DNA of 64,000 bases, taken from assembly GCF_006345805.1 (NCBI RefSeq), contig NC_043011.1, positions 18,426,464-18,490,463 on the forward strand. The letters run 5' to 3'. This DNA comes from Octopus sinensis. Its lineage: Eukaryota. The notes beneath the pieces are model-generated. The model worked only from the letters and a program-made list of their open reading frames with translations, ran no database searches and was not told where the DNA came from. Shown piece after piece: positions 14,186 to 27,998 of this stretch. Position numbers and translations under genes: made by a program. The first letter of the stretch is position 1. Each line of letters starts with the position of its first letter.

Positions 14186-14710
14186 ATTTTACGGCTTGTA
14201 TTCAAGAAGCATTAGATATTAAATAATTCCACGAAGTTTTATCTTATGAGGAAGCATCCATCCGAGTTCTCAATTGGTACTTTATTTTATCTATTGAAGA
14301 TTGTAAAGCTATTTTGCCCTCGGCAGAATTTGAGCTCAGAACCTACATCATGCATTAAATGATATTATATAAATATTAAGTTATTTTATAATAATAAAAG
14401 AAACTGACAAGAAAACTTGACTACACTTATAATGCTGCTGATTATAGAATTTGCATATTCTTTACAGATATTAAGAAGATTGAAAGACGTTTATGCATAT
14501 CTTTGCAACGAAATACCTCTTACCACAAAATAATTGCTCTCGTTATTAACACATGTTTATGACTGTTTATCAGTCATATATATACGATGATATGTTTTCT
14601 CTCATAACGTTAATGGAGTATTAATTACAAAAACAGGATTAACTTCGTGATGATAGAACGGTTTTTCATTGTATATTCTATGGCTCTTTGAAAATATCTA
14701 TCTCAACATC

Positions 14711-15118
14711 GGATCTTTTCGGTTTGAACGGCAATTTTTCTAGCGGTGTCATATGAAATTGTCACTCATAATTATGACCCTACTATCGATCTGTTGCATT
14801 TCAATCTGTTTTAGGGTTAGGGTTAGGGATAGGGGTGGGGAAGTGTATCTTTTTTTTTCTTCACCAATCTGCTTCTTAAACGAGTGACATATTCATTTGG
14901 CACAGAATGTATTTCACCTCAATAGACGCCAGTGATTGGTTGAAAATGCAGAAATTGAAGAAAAGAAAAGAACAAATATCTTACAAACTATAGAATTTTC
15001 TCAATAAAGCCAAGAGAAAAAGATGTTTTATAAATGCATTCTACCAATATACGAAGTTTAAAATGTTTTAGTTACCTAGAAATTATGTTAAAAACTGCCG
15101 TTCAAACCGAGAAGATCC
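14711..15118. mobile_element. MITE, ~29-bp TIRs and 8-bp TSD (Merlin-like termini)
   Basis: Left TIR ggatcttttcggtttgaacggcaattttt; right aaaaactgccgttcaaaccgagaagatcc; exact flanking duplication TCAACATC at 14703-14710 and 15119-15126. Confidence 0.9.
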
Positions 15119-16444
15119 TCAACATCAACTGTACTTCCAATTGTTACTCATTCTTAAACAAATATGATTAGAGAGTCATTGTTATCGATGAAATCATGAG
15201 TTGCTAATGTATACAATGATAAATTGGGAAACTGATTTCCGCTCATAATAAATATTTCACCATGAATTCCATTCACGATGTAATGATCTAAACGTTTCTA
15301 AACAGTCAATTTGTACTCATTTATCAGAGTAAACGGTTTGGTCTGAAACTGTAAAATTTAGAAACAAAAATAACTACTTATCCTTGGTCGGACGATGGTG
15401 TTGAGGAGGCGCCAACTTAAGTTGTACTGCAGCAAAACTTGCAAAATACCATACCAAACCACAAATTATAATGACACTCATCTTACGAAAGAGAGACACA
15501 AAAACAATATCAGCAAGTGTGGAAAAATAATTACCTTTTCGGTGATAAGACACATGTTGAACAAGCGGCCGATGGAAACAGAATGGCTGAGGCAGCAAGT
15601 CGCAAGAGGGTAAGAGAGAGTGGGGACCAAGGAGGGTGGAAGGCGAGGACAGGAGCAGTGACCGAGAGAGAGAGGGAGAGAAGGAATCAGAGAAGAAGCA
15701 GTGACCAAGAGAGAGAGAGGGAGAGAAGGAATCAGAGAGGCTGGGAGAAAAAGGCGCCAAAACAATTTGGCAACGAAGCAATGGCGAAGGAAAGAAAATA
15801 GTTTAAAGACATCGTGCAGGGGTTTTGATATGATAAACATAAAGAAGTTATTATGCACGTACGCTGCGAAATATATAATAAACCTTTACATAAATAAATA
15901 ACGTGAAATACACGAAGGGACGAACAAAAAGACAAACGGGTCATTCAAAAAGACAAACGGGTCTTTAAAGATGTTTGTATACTGATTATCGAAGCGAAGA
16001 TGTTGGCCCAGCTCAGTATGTCTGAGGTTGTTTTGTTTTTCGCTAAGTAAAAGCAACCATATTCGAACAGGACCATCTTACATTCAGCGTATTGAAGTCA
16101 TTCTCAAGTATATACTACACACAATATTACAGCTGTTGCATACGCATTGTAAACTCCATACGGACGATTAATATATACATATATATATTTATTACCCACA
16201 AGGGGCTAGATTAATATATACATATATACGCACAAATATATTTAGATTTGCAACGAGATACGTACTTTTCCTGAACTATCTTTCATTCTCTCCTAACCTT
16301 TACGCGTTCCATTTTCCGAAAAGGAGTCATGCTCGAGACGTCACACGCAAACTCACTGTTCCAACTTAAACTGTGCCTCAGCCTGATACATTCACGGTGT
16401 ACGTCCTTTTGACTTTGGTTTTAATTTGTCTTTCATTTTTGATT

Positions 16445-16546
16445 TGTATATATGTGTGTGTATGTATGTGTGTGTGTATCTTTAATCTGTTCTTTCTTCC
16501 TACATATATATATATATATGCATACATACATTTATATAACTGTGTT

Positions 16547-16615
<69 letters not shown>

Positions 16616-16750
16616 CATATATATATGCATATATATGTGCATATATATGTATATATATGTGTGTGTGGGGGGTGTATGTGTATATATATACATATATATA
16701 TATACACACTTTTGTTTGTATGTATGTATCTATCTAGATAGATAGATTAG
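16445..16750. repeat. Compound (TA)n/(TG)n/(TAGA)n microsatellite
   Basis: Read directly. Confidence 0.95.
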
Positions 16751-18434
16751 ATAGTATGAAACTATTCAGATTATTTATGTAAATCAAAAGATGCACCACA
16801 TGCTTTAATTTCGTGTATTATAAAACAGCGTGCTATAAATTCTCAAAACAAAATTTTCACAAAAAATGCCTAAGGAATGTTATACATTCCTTTGTAATGG
16901 TCAACAATAGTTTAAAAAATAATATCATTCATTTATGGTAAAAAGGATGAGTCATGAAACAACGTTTGCACGTGTTCTCTCACGCCCACAATTCAGACTT
17001 CAAACGCATACATTAAAAACATTCGCGGTATGCATTAAAACTGGTATACACGTCTTGATACAGACACATATACACACGTTCAGACATGACACGCTTACAA
17101 AGAAATTAATAGAGACTCCGCTAGCAGAGGTGTTTGCAAAACATTATTTTTGTTTAATATGTGCGTGTGTTTGTGTGTATATCTGAGTGTCTGGGCGTGT
17201 GTGTGTGTGTGTGTATGTGTGCGTGTAAGTGAAGATATGTTCGTGCGTGTGTGGGAGTTTGTCTATATATAAATTCAAACTTATGGAAAATGTTCAAGAA
17301 ATATTTTATATTCAATGGAATCTACACAAATTGACTGTGGATTGTGCGGGAGTCACTGTATTTCATGAATTTATGAATATATGATCTACAAAATTAATTT
17401 ATAGTTCTAGATTGTTGAATGAATAGCTCAATTTGTTTATAATTTAATTAACGATGTGATCAAAGTACTGATAATTTTACATCGTCGTATATATATAACC
17501 ATTTTCATTTGATTTTTATATTAGTTTAGGATAATAGTTTTCTGTATTAATTTTATCCTTAAGACAGCATTATATGAGAAAATACAATGTAGGACTATAT
17601 TGATATAGTGTATGATCGTAAACTGATTAATTTAGTAAGGTGGATGTTAATTAATATTTTGCTTCTTTTAGCCATAGCTTCATTTTTCATTCATATATTC
17701 ATAATTTAATTACATTGCGGTGGAATTATTCAAAGAAGATATATATTTGTTATAAAGATAGTCATTGTGTAGATAGGATTAAATTAGAATAAAATTCACG
17801 GATTTAAGCTTCTTATGTGCAATAAGCTCCATGTTGAAAGACACATCTCGTGTTATGAGTTCAAATGGATATATAATTATTGCTGTTTTCTGACCTATGC
17901 TTCTTCATTTCATGTTTGGGATCATCCTGCTCAACCGTAGTGAAGAAATCCCTCAAAGTGAGTGTATTCAACCCATTAACCAAGTGTTACAATTAAAATG
18001 ATGTTTTATATAGTGTCAGGGATTAGATTATTCTGAATTGGTTACCATGTTGAAGTATGGTCATGCAGGTTTTGAAAAGAAATCATCTTGCAAAAACGTG
18101 CTACAATGCTAACTGTAATACAATCACCGTAAATCTGTTTGAAGAATTAAGTCTTATCAGATATTAAAATAACGTAATCTAAGAAAGAATAATTTACCAA
18201 AATTATTGGGCACCAAAACACACACAAATGCATGAGACATTGTAATTCCAACACCAGGTGATAGTTATACTCAGTGTAAGCTTTATTCAATGACTCCTGT
18301 ATCGAGTGCAACGACTTCTTGTCAGAGCATAGAGCTGGCGAGAATCACGTGGCTTTTGAAAAGATTCACAAATGCTACAATTAATTTGGCGTTTTCGCTG
18401 AATGCGGCCGAGAAGGATTTTCGATTCCGCGCTT

Positions 18435-18436
<2 letters not shown>

Positions 18437-18473
<37 letters not shown>

Positions 18474-18622
18474 CGATATTTTTCTCTGAGGTCACATGCA
18501 TGTGGGCATATTGTATAAAAATGTATAGACACATAAAAGCCTGTGTGTATGTATGTATATATAAATATGCATATATATATGTATGTGTGCATATATATAT
18601 ATATATGTATGTATATATAATA

Positions 18623-18689
<67 letters not shown>

Positions 18690-18760
18690 ATATACATACA
18701 AATTTGCACACACTCATATAAATATATACAGGCGCATGCATATATATATATATACACACA
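18437..18760. repeat. Interrupted (TA)n microsatellites
   Basis: Read directly; source of the YIYIYI ORFs. Confidence 0.95.
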
Positions 18761-18776
18761 TGCTTTTATGTGTGTA

Positions 18777-19212
18777 GTAGCAGCATAGCCCGGCGTTGCC
18801 CGGGTATGTAAGAGCCCCTAGTAGGCAACGACTAATCCCGATCTAGTCCTTTCCCTCTAGGGAACGAAGGCGCATGTGTAGGTTGCAATGTCTTCTCTTC
18901 GCTCGAATACTTCTGTGTATACGATGTTCCTAGCTGTCCCTTTGGGTGATAAAAAGGTCGAGTTGTGTCCCCTAGACAGAAAATGTGTTGCATATAAAAA
19001 GCTTAGATTCTCGACCCCATGTCGAATTCATCGATTGTTTCAGAACTGGGGGAACTTTCAAAATTTTCACTGCGTTAGTTTAGAATTACGACATTGAGCT
19101 ATGTGTGTGTCAAGTTTCATCAGAATCGGTTGAAAGCCGTGGTCAGGGTGAGGGTACAACCTGACAGACCCGCAGGCACACAGACAGACAAACCGCCGTT
19201 TATATAGAGAGA
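18777..19212 (-). mobile_element. Non-autonomous Helitron-like element
   Basis: Minus strand starts A|TCTCTCTATATAAAC and ends with hairpin CCCGGGCAACGCCGGG then ...GCTAC|T (CTAG variant); inserted between A and T; termini shared with 40699-41062. Confidence 0.75.
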
Positions 19213-19399
19213 TATATTATTTTTACACAATATGCCCATATGCATGTAACCTCAGGGGAAAATTTCGCAGTCACCGGTGTACATACATTAATTTGATACC
19301 ACCCAACCTGCTTTAACCGTTTTATACACACATATATGCATATATATAAATATGCGAATGTGTTTGTGAGAGAGTGTGAACAGGTATGGTTATATATAT

Positions 19400-19434
<35 letters not shown>

Positions 19435-19496
19435 TTATAAAAACGGTAAGATAACAAAAAGAAAGAGACTTCGATACCATGTAAATAGAGGAATTC

Positions 19497-19860
<364 letters not shown>

Positions 19861-19924
19861 ATGGCGCGATAGATAGATGTAATTAGGTAAATTTGCAAAT
19901 TGATTTATAGATACGAGGTAATAT

Positions 19925-20143
19925 CCATTCTTACTCTAGGCACAAGGCCCGAAATTTTGGTGGAGCGGATTAAATCAATTAGATCGACGCCAGTACGCAA
20001 CTGGTATTTAATTTATCGACCCCGAAAATATGGCCGGCAAAGTCGACCTCGGTGGAATTTGAACTCAGAACGTAAAGACACACGAAATACCGCTAAACAT
20101 TTCATTCTGCGTGCTAACGTTTCTGCCATATCACCGCCTTCTA
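19925..20143 (-). mobile_element. Full-length tRNA-derived SINE with 14-bp TSD
   Basis: SINE consensus match; ATACGAGGTAATAT duplicated at 19911-19924 and 20144-20157. Confidence 0.9.
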
Positions 20144-20144
20144 A

Positions 20145-21152
20145 TACGAGGTAATATGAAAATGTTTCAGGACTTGTTCTGTAATGCGTCCACAGACGGC
20201 AGCACACGGTTGCGTGCGCAGTGAGAGCTAGCAGAGTTCTTCTTGAGGCAGTGTATTTAGCGACATAGCTGTGGGGAAGAAAGGGCTCCTTAGCCGTAGT
20301 GAAGGCAATCTATCTAGGGAGATAACCTTACAATAAATCACTCGGTCCGTAGCTTAGAAATACTGGGTTGACGTCCAGCGGGAACAGCTTTATTTCATAG
20401 AGGAGGAAAGTCTCGACCACGGTCGAACAATGATGATGATGTGTTTACTTCGCATGCTGTAAAATTTTTTTGTGTTTTTTGATTACGTGTATACTGTGTT
20501 TTGCTATTTTCTCACAGAGAAGAACAAAATGCCAATGTGAAATTTCGCGATCAATTTGGGACGTCTGCTACAGAGACATTGAGTATGCTTCCTGAATGTA
20601 ACGGTGACGATGCACAGGATCGTACGCATTATTTTGAGTGTCGCAGGCGCATCAAAAGGTGGGAAACGTCCCTAGAAGAACTGCCACAAGCGGAAATATA
20701 ATATTGTGCATCGGAAAATTGACATCGAGGCCCAGACAGTTAATCGAGCGTTATAGTGCGACTGTTTGAGGCGTTTTGTGGAGCGCGAAGAATTGTATTT
20801 TTCACCGAGCTCTCAAACCTTGAGATGTTGTCACCTAAAACAACATAGTATCGCGTCAACATCTGCCCTATTCTCCAGATTTAGCACTTGTTGACCTCTA
20901 GCTCTTCCCCAATATGAAAATACAGCTCAAATGTTGCCGTTTTAACGCCATTATCGAAGACCGAATTGTAGAAGGTCCTCATCTCACTTAGGGAAGCCAC
21001 ACCCAGGATGGAATCTACCTGTAGCAGGAATGCTGGGTCCATTGTTATCCTGCGTAAGATGACTATTTTCAAAGCAATGACGTGAAAACAGGTAAATAAG
21101 TTATTTTTTATTCAGCATGATTACACCTGTAAACCTTTTGTAACACATCGTA
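20145..21152 (+). mobile_element. Decayed, internally deleted mariner transposon
   Basis: EQNANVKF...GTSATETLSML...DDA..RT..FE..RR.K...SLEE (N-terminal HTH); YSPDLA motif at ~20872 through DYFQ at ~21070; degenerate TIRs tacgagg... / ...aaaccttttgtaacacatcgta. Confidence 0.8.
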
Positions 21153-21350
21153 TTTTCCACTGTTAGCACTATTGGATTATTAGAGCGACAGTACCAAATA
21201 TATATATATATTTCATTCGGAAAAATGCTAAACAATGTCGAGTGTGATTTATGCTAAAAAAGATCGAAATAAAGAAATCACATGCCGATTTTCCCGAGAA
21301 AAGAAAATACACCCTGTATGTTCTGTTTGATTAACTAACAAAATATTATA

Positions 21351-21581
21351 TATTTCTTTACTACCCACAAGGGGCTAAACACAGAGGAGACAAACAAGGA
21401 CAGACAAACGGATTAAGTCGATTACATCGACCCCAGTGCGTAACTGGTACTTAATTTATCGACCCCGGAAGGATGAAAGGCAAAGTCGACCTCGGCGGAA
21501 TTTGAACTCGGAACGTAACGGCAGACGAAATACGGCAATGCATTTCGCCCGGCGTGCTAACGTTTCTGCCAGCTCGCCGCC
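21351..21581 (-). mobile_element. Young full-length tRNA-derived SINE with ~20-bp TSD
   Basis: Near-consensus copy; TTAACTAACAAAATATTATA at 21331-21350 and 21582-21601. Confidence 0.95.
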
Positions 21582-21984
21582 TTAACTAACAAAATATTAT
21601 AAATTACTTGAACATCTAATCACGAACTTTGGATTAAAAATCAGAAGTTTGGCTGTTTATGTATTTTTATTATATCTGACTACGTTTTTTAAAATGATAT
21701 CACATATTGTATTTATGATAATATTTCTTTAATTACACTTGTTTTTGTTTATTACTTTACGGTTATTAAGCCTTGTTATACTTGTTTTATTTTGTAATTT
21801 TCCTGTATTTTAGCTATAAAATGAATCAAATTGTTATTTTACAATTATTTTGAATGCGAGGGAATAAATAATAACTAATCATGACGATTTAGTTGCAGCA
21901 ATGAAATACTGAGAATCACACTCAGAAATGAAATAAAGGCAGCAATAACTTGAAAATTGAAGCTACTTTCCTGAATGATAAACT

Positions 21985-22135
21985 GTATGTGTATATGTGT
22001 GTGTATGTGTGTCTGTGTGTGAGTGTCTATGTGTCTGTGTGAGAGTGTGTGTGCACGTGTACGCGTGTATGTGTGTGTGTGTGTTCGTTGTGTGTCTGTA
22101 ATTGTACGTGTGTATGCGCGCGGTTTGTATGTATG
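21985..22135. repeat. Degenerate (TG)n tract
   Basis: Read directly. Confidence 0.85.
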
Positions 22136-23133
22136 ACTGTTTTTTCCTCTTTATACTAGAAGTCACTGCTCGAAACAAAAAGAAAAAAATAAGGAATGCA
22201 TATCAATATAAGATATATTTATGCATTGAAGTTTTGAGGATATCATCATCCACAATGAATACGAATATATTGCTTTATATGACATTTACTATTACGTTAT
22301 AAATAACATTGCTGAAAAGAATGAACAGAAATCTTTCTTGCAAAGCGGGAGAAGACGTTGATCATTGACCTTCTGTGTGTTTTGCCCATTTTTCAATACA
22401 TTTCCTAAAGTATGAAGTGATAGTCAATGTTTATTGCAAACTTTGGTGTTATCTTTTGTCCGCTTCTATTTTTCTCTGAGAATGTCTAGAAAGCTGCGAA
22501 TCTTTATTCCTTATTCCGTCGAAAAATATTTAATATTTGTAACATTATTCGAAGTCGTTACAATGAAAATGGCTTTGTGATAAATATTCACTTGATTTGA
22601 AATTCAGTGATATATGACAGACAGCAGGGGGAAATGTGTTTTAAGAGAATTATACTGAATCATTTTCAATATTTCTTTCCATCACTCTATCATCTGAATT
22701 CAATTGCCTCGAGAGGTTTCGTTGTTATATATTGATCAGTACTTAATACAATAATTATAATACCGATCAATACAATAGAGGATAATTTAATTTAGATTTC
22801 CAATGGTAAATCTAACTGGAATTCAGGAGATATGTTTGACATGTATTATTAAAACATGTTCACTTCATCAGACGCTATAATTATCAATCTCTGGCTAATA
22901 ACATGTTAAATATTCGCATCTTACCCATCATACAAATGCTAAGTGGCTGATGTATTAGCCTGTGGTGATATAACATTTGAGATAAAAGTGCAAGAAACAG
23001 TATTCATAAGTAAGTTACAAGTTATATAATGCATGTGAACATAAAATATATCTACGCAAAACTTATTTGGGAAGAAATGTAATGCTGTAAATACGACTTG
23101 TCATATCGTCCGACTGTGGCTTATAAATTGAAT

Positions 23134-23435
23134 TTGTTTGTTCCTTCTCGAGCCATGCCTGGCTCATATGGGTCGGTTTCTCGGTTTCCTTGGCGTATAG
23201 GTTCCCCACCTGGACGGGACGCTGGTCCATCGCAGGTGAGCTGCAAGATGCAGGAGGAAAGACTGAGACAAGGTTCGCGAAAGAGTCAGCAGAAGTTCGC
23301 CATTACCTTCTGCCGGAACCGTGTGGAGCTTAGGTGTTTCGCTCATAAACACACACATCGCCCGGTCTGAGATTCGATCCCGCAATTCCTCGACCGCGAA
23401 TCCGCTGCTCTAACCATTAGGCCATGTGCCTCCAC
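23134..23435 (-). mobile_element. Second SINE family with tRNA-Arg(TCG)-like head (OR-type CORE-SINE-like)
   Basis: Minus-strand head gtggaggcacatggcctaatggttagagcagcggattcgcggtcgagg..gggatcgaatctc carries A/B boxes; ~14-bp TSD cttataaatt(g/a)aat on both sides; the OR/CORE family name is from recall, not a search. Confidence 0.8.
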
Positions 23436-23859
23436 TTATAAATTAAATGGACATAATAGTGTCTAACATAATTTACTTGAAATCCCATCTGTTCATTATC
23501 TGGCAGCTGTACAAGGATGTGGGGTAGCCTACCGCATTCCAATATTCCATAATTTTACCTCAAAAGTTAAGCGAGGTAGAATCATACTATTCTTCAACTC
23601 ATTAAGGAAACATCTTTCGTTATATCTTTGTAGGAAGAACTGGTATTTTCATACGCCACGCGCGGCACTTTGAATTTAAGTCCCTACCAGTGTGAGCTTT
23701 GCCATACCTGGCCTATTATTTCTAAATAGAAGAAAATAAGCAGAAGCCCAAGCAACCAACCGATCTGGCGATGATTTACTAACGTTAGAAGCCGCAGTAT
23801 TGCCATGGTAACGTTGACTATAAATATTATCGCTATGGTAACGAGGATGTAAGAGGTTC

Positions 23860-24879
23860 TTGCAATAATGTTGGTGCTGGAAACTAATGCAGATACCCAC
23901 AAAACACGAACTAAAAGACTGTTGTCAGGCTTTAAAGAAGCTGACAAATCAAAGAACAAAGTCAACGTACCTAGCAACTCTGAAGGAAAAGAAGAAACAA
24001 TAAAAGCTGTAAAAGAACTGATATCGAAACTAAAACTGGAATAGCAATGGATCATGATAAAACACTTGCTCTTCATGGCAAATATTGGGTTAAACGAAAG
24101 AGATAAGAAATGGATATAGAAAAATCCCAACACTGGCTGAGAAGCTCAGGACTCAAATCAAACACTGGAATAATTTTAATTGTTGCACAAGATTAAAGCC
24201 TTCCCATCAGAAATCACCAAGAACACACCATGAAAATAAATAAAACAAGTAACTGCAGAATATGTAGGGATGAAGAAGAAACAATAAATCATATTGTCTC
24301 TGGCTGCCCAATCCTGGATAAGAAGAAATATATTCACAAACACGGCAGAGTTGGGACCTATATACACTGGACTATATGCCAATACTATGGAATAACTGCA
24401 GAAAAAAGATGATATATTCACACGCTATCAAAGGTCACAGAAAATGAAAAAGCCACCATACTCTGGGATGTGCCAATACACACAAATAGAGAAATTAATG
24501 CCAAAAGGCCGATTATAGTTGTAAGATTTCACCAAGAAACAGAATATTTTCTAATCGATGTATCAATACCAACCGATGATTATATTTCTCTAAAAGAGAC
24601 GGAGAAATTTTCAAAATATAAAGACCTAGCAATATAGGTTACTGAAATGTGGAGCCTAAAGCACAAAATGAATTTATATCATAATAGGTGCAATACGTAG
24701 AATAAAAAACATTGAAAGAAATGCATAACAGAAATACGAGGACTTAACAAGTTATATATAACATACAGCAAATACCACTAAAAGGCCCTGCACATATCAC
24801 AACAAAGCAAATCACATACCGAAGGCAGACTGAGCTGCGCTTGTGGTGCAGTGAAATCATATGGTAAAAATTCGACTAC

Positions 24880-24880
<1 letters not shown>
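23860..24880 (+). mobile_element. R4/Dong-like LINE 3' portion (copy C, family 1) with intact 3' UTR
   Basis: WLRSSGLKS, CRICRDEEETINHIVSGCPIL..KYIHKHGRVG, LWDVP, LIDVSIP; the 3' UTR gagctgcgc..gtgaaa..ctact matches copy 52215 and runs into (TAA)n. Confidence 0.92.
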
Positions 24881-24947
<67 letters not shown>

Positions 24948-25093
24948 TAATGAAGAAGAAGGAGAACAGAAAGAAGAAGAAGAAGAAGAAGAAGAAGAAG
25001 AAGAAGAAGAAGAAGAAGAAGAAGAAGAAGAAGAAGAAGAAGAAGAAGAAGAAGAAGAAGAAGAAGAAGAAGAAGAAGAAGAAGAAGAAGAAG
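24881..25093. repeat. (TAA)n followed by (GAA)n
   Basis: Read directly. Confidence 0.97.
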
Positions 25094-26130
25094 GAAGAGA
25101 ATCACGTATCGTTTAGCTAACTGTCATTGGCGCTAAACATCGAAAAAATGTAGTAGTGCTATACATAGAATTTCGAAACAACATCATATCATACATCACG
25201 TATTTCTTCTAAATGCTTCTGTCCTATGAAGTACATTATTCACAAATTTTAACTGTACTTACATGGATGATATTTTATGCTCTTTTACATCAATATGTAA
25301 TTGGCTTTCCGAGCTTTCTGAAGGTAGAGGAATCGATGCAGGTTTATTGGCCCATATATTGCTTTCAGCCTTGTTCCTTAAAAACTGCTCCTTCTGATGG
25401 CATTAATGTATTTTTAAGAGAATGTATTTGCCTAGATATGAGTATCGAAAGCACGTTTCTATATTTATTACTGAGTGCTTGCTGTAAATATTTAGCTTAA
25501 TGGTATATCACACGGGTAATATGTGCATCGTGCATCGTGTATACATTCCCACATACAGATGCCCGCCCATATGCAGATATACACATACAGAAATGTATCC
25601 AATATGCAATCCCAGCAGTGACAACTCACCGGTTCGCCAGACCATCTCACCATTTTTTGATCTTTCATGGGCATCCTGCTTCCTCGTATTTCTTTACTTT
25701 TACCTCGAAATATTTAAAATTCTTTAACCACTGATGCTCATTTCTTGCACGGTTGGTCTCTGTACCCGTATTTTACAGAAAGAAACTGCTATGAATTTCA
25801 ACACCACACAACCCTTCAGACCAGAGATATCAAATCAGCAGTCATTGTTATTTTTTTTTCGTTTTCTGTGTAATCCGCCACCCGATTTGAAATATTTACT
25901 TTGTAGCAAGGAAGAAAACTTGAGCTATCAAGGTCAAACATCGGTTACATAAGTACCAGAATACCAACATTTAGCACACACGCACTGAAGCAGGGCAATC
26001 AAACTTAAGGAAGAGTAAGTCAAAGAGCAGACAATGTATGATTTATGGCATCCACTAGTAAGTTCTATCATATTTTATCGAAACAAATTTCTTAATCCAA
26101 TATTTACATGCTATCAGTTACAAATATATT

Positions 26131-26325
26131 AAGGCTGAGATCTGGTAGAATTGTTGCACGCTCGGCAAAATGCTTAACGCAAGACTATAAGTTCAAACTC
26201 CGTTCAGGTCGACATTCTTTGTCATCCTGTCGAAGTTGATAATATAAGTACCAACTAAACACTGGTTGACGTAATCCATTTTCCACTCGTGGAATTGATA
26301 TCTACCTGCCAAAATGTAAAACCAT
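26131..26325 (+). mobile_element. Old tRNA-derived SINE copy
   Basis: ctggtagaattgttgcacgctcggcaaaatgcttaacg...agttcaaactccg..ggtcgac...tcatcc...taagtacca. Confidence 0.75.
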
Positions 26326-26370
26326 TATTCAGGGCATTTAAGATGTTCGAGATTCATTGACCCCAAATTG

Positions 26371-26670
<300 letters not shown>

Positions 26671-26741
26671 GATTGTATATATACATTTATATATATATGC
26701 GTGTATATATGCATGTATCTGTGTATGTGCATGTATGTATA

Positions 26742-26760
26742 GAGATAGATAGATAGATAT

Positions 26761-26835
<75 letters not shown>

Positions 26836-26860
26836 GATAGATAGATAGATAAATATATAT

Positions 26861-26934
<74 letters not shown>

Positions 26935-26935
26935 G
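26742..26935. repeat. (TAGA)n microsatellite
   Basis: Read directly. Confidence 0.97.
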
Positions 26936-27772
26936 GATATCACCTCATACACACACTTGTGTGATATCGTGAGATACAGATGAGCGGCCTGTCTGATTGT
27001 ATCTTTAAATATGTATTTCCCTATGTATCATATAGATTTTACCTCATAATTTGGTTATCATGTCGCGTTAATAACCTAATGAAGCGGCAAATTGATAATA
27101 GTAATAGAGAGGACAATATATCTATTCCGTAGGATGTTTGCTCTTCAATGATATGCGACGGACAACTCTTTCTTGAAGGTGTGAAGCCGTCAGATAACGA
27201 GGGACATATTGACATAGTCTAAATACTTTTCTTATACATGAAGGCTTTTAATCATCAAATGTGGCTAGAATTAATCCCGTTTTAAGATCCTGGGTTTGGA
27301 GTGAACTTCGTTGATCACATCTGAAGTTATTTACAAAAGAAACATTTCCCGAGTGTAACTGGTCAAATGACTTTGGAGTGCAAGGATATTTATAACTTAA
27401 TTACCACATATATAATGCATGTTTATTAACACTTCCATTGTTGAAGAGCCCCGTTTGTATTTATACATTACGCAATGTCTGATATTGTTGCGGTCTAAAC
27501 TTCTTTCGAAATAATATAATTTTATCGAGTATAACCTTTATAGTATACCGTACTCTGTATAGTTAGAAAAACAATATTACACGGTAAGCAATAATGATTA
27601 TTTATTATTATCCTGAGAACATTGATCTCAATTCTCAACTATTAATAATTTTATCGACTCTTAAAGGATGACAAGCAGAACTTGAACGCAGAAGATAAAG
27701 AGAGACGAAATGCCACTGAACGTTTTACCCGGCACAAAAAATTCTGCAAGCTCAACGCTATATGTGTGTTCA

Positions 27773-27998
27773 TACGAAGAGGTTCTGAAAATTTCCCGAA
27801 ATTAAGGATGCTGCGAAGGGCCTGTTTGAAGGCCCATCGTTCCTAGTTCTTTTATGGGGCTTAGAAAGACTGAAGGCCAGCTGCAATAAGTATGCGAACT
27901 TGAGTGAAGATTATTTTGAATAAAATCATTGTTGACTGATCCTCTTGTGTTTGTCTTTTTTATACACAAAGCCAGAAACTTTTTCAGTGTCTCCTATA
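27773..27998 (+). mobile_element. Mariner-derived deletion remnant (MITE-like)
   Basis: Degenerate TIRs tacgaagaggttctgaaaatttcc / gccagaaactttttcagtgtctcctata; internal LERLKASCNKYANLSEDYFE* resembles a mariner C-terminus. Confidence 0.55.

Noticed and set aside
14811-14836. Telomere or fusion scar
   Set aside because: Only about three TTAGGG units, internal to a MITE.
15374-15990. Overlapping ORFs around a GA-rich block
   Set aside because: Driven by short internal duplications (agagagggagagaaggaatcagaga; aaaagacaaacgggtc x2); probably an unclassified repeat whose ends I could not define.
23360-23435. tRNA-Arg gene
   Set aside because: The head continues into a SINE body with TSDs and the acceptor stem does not close; SINE-derived.
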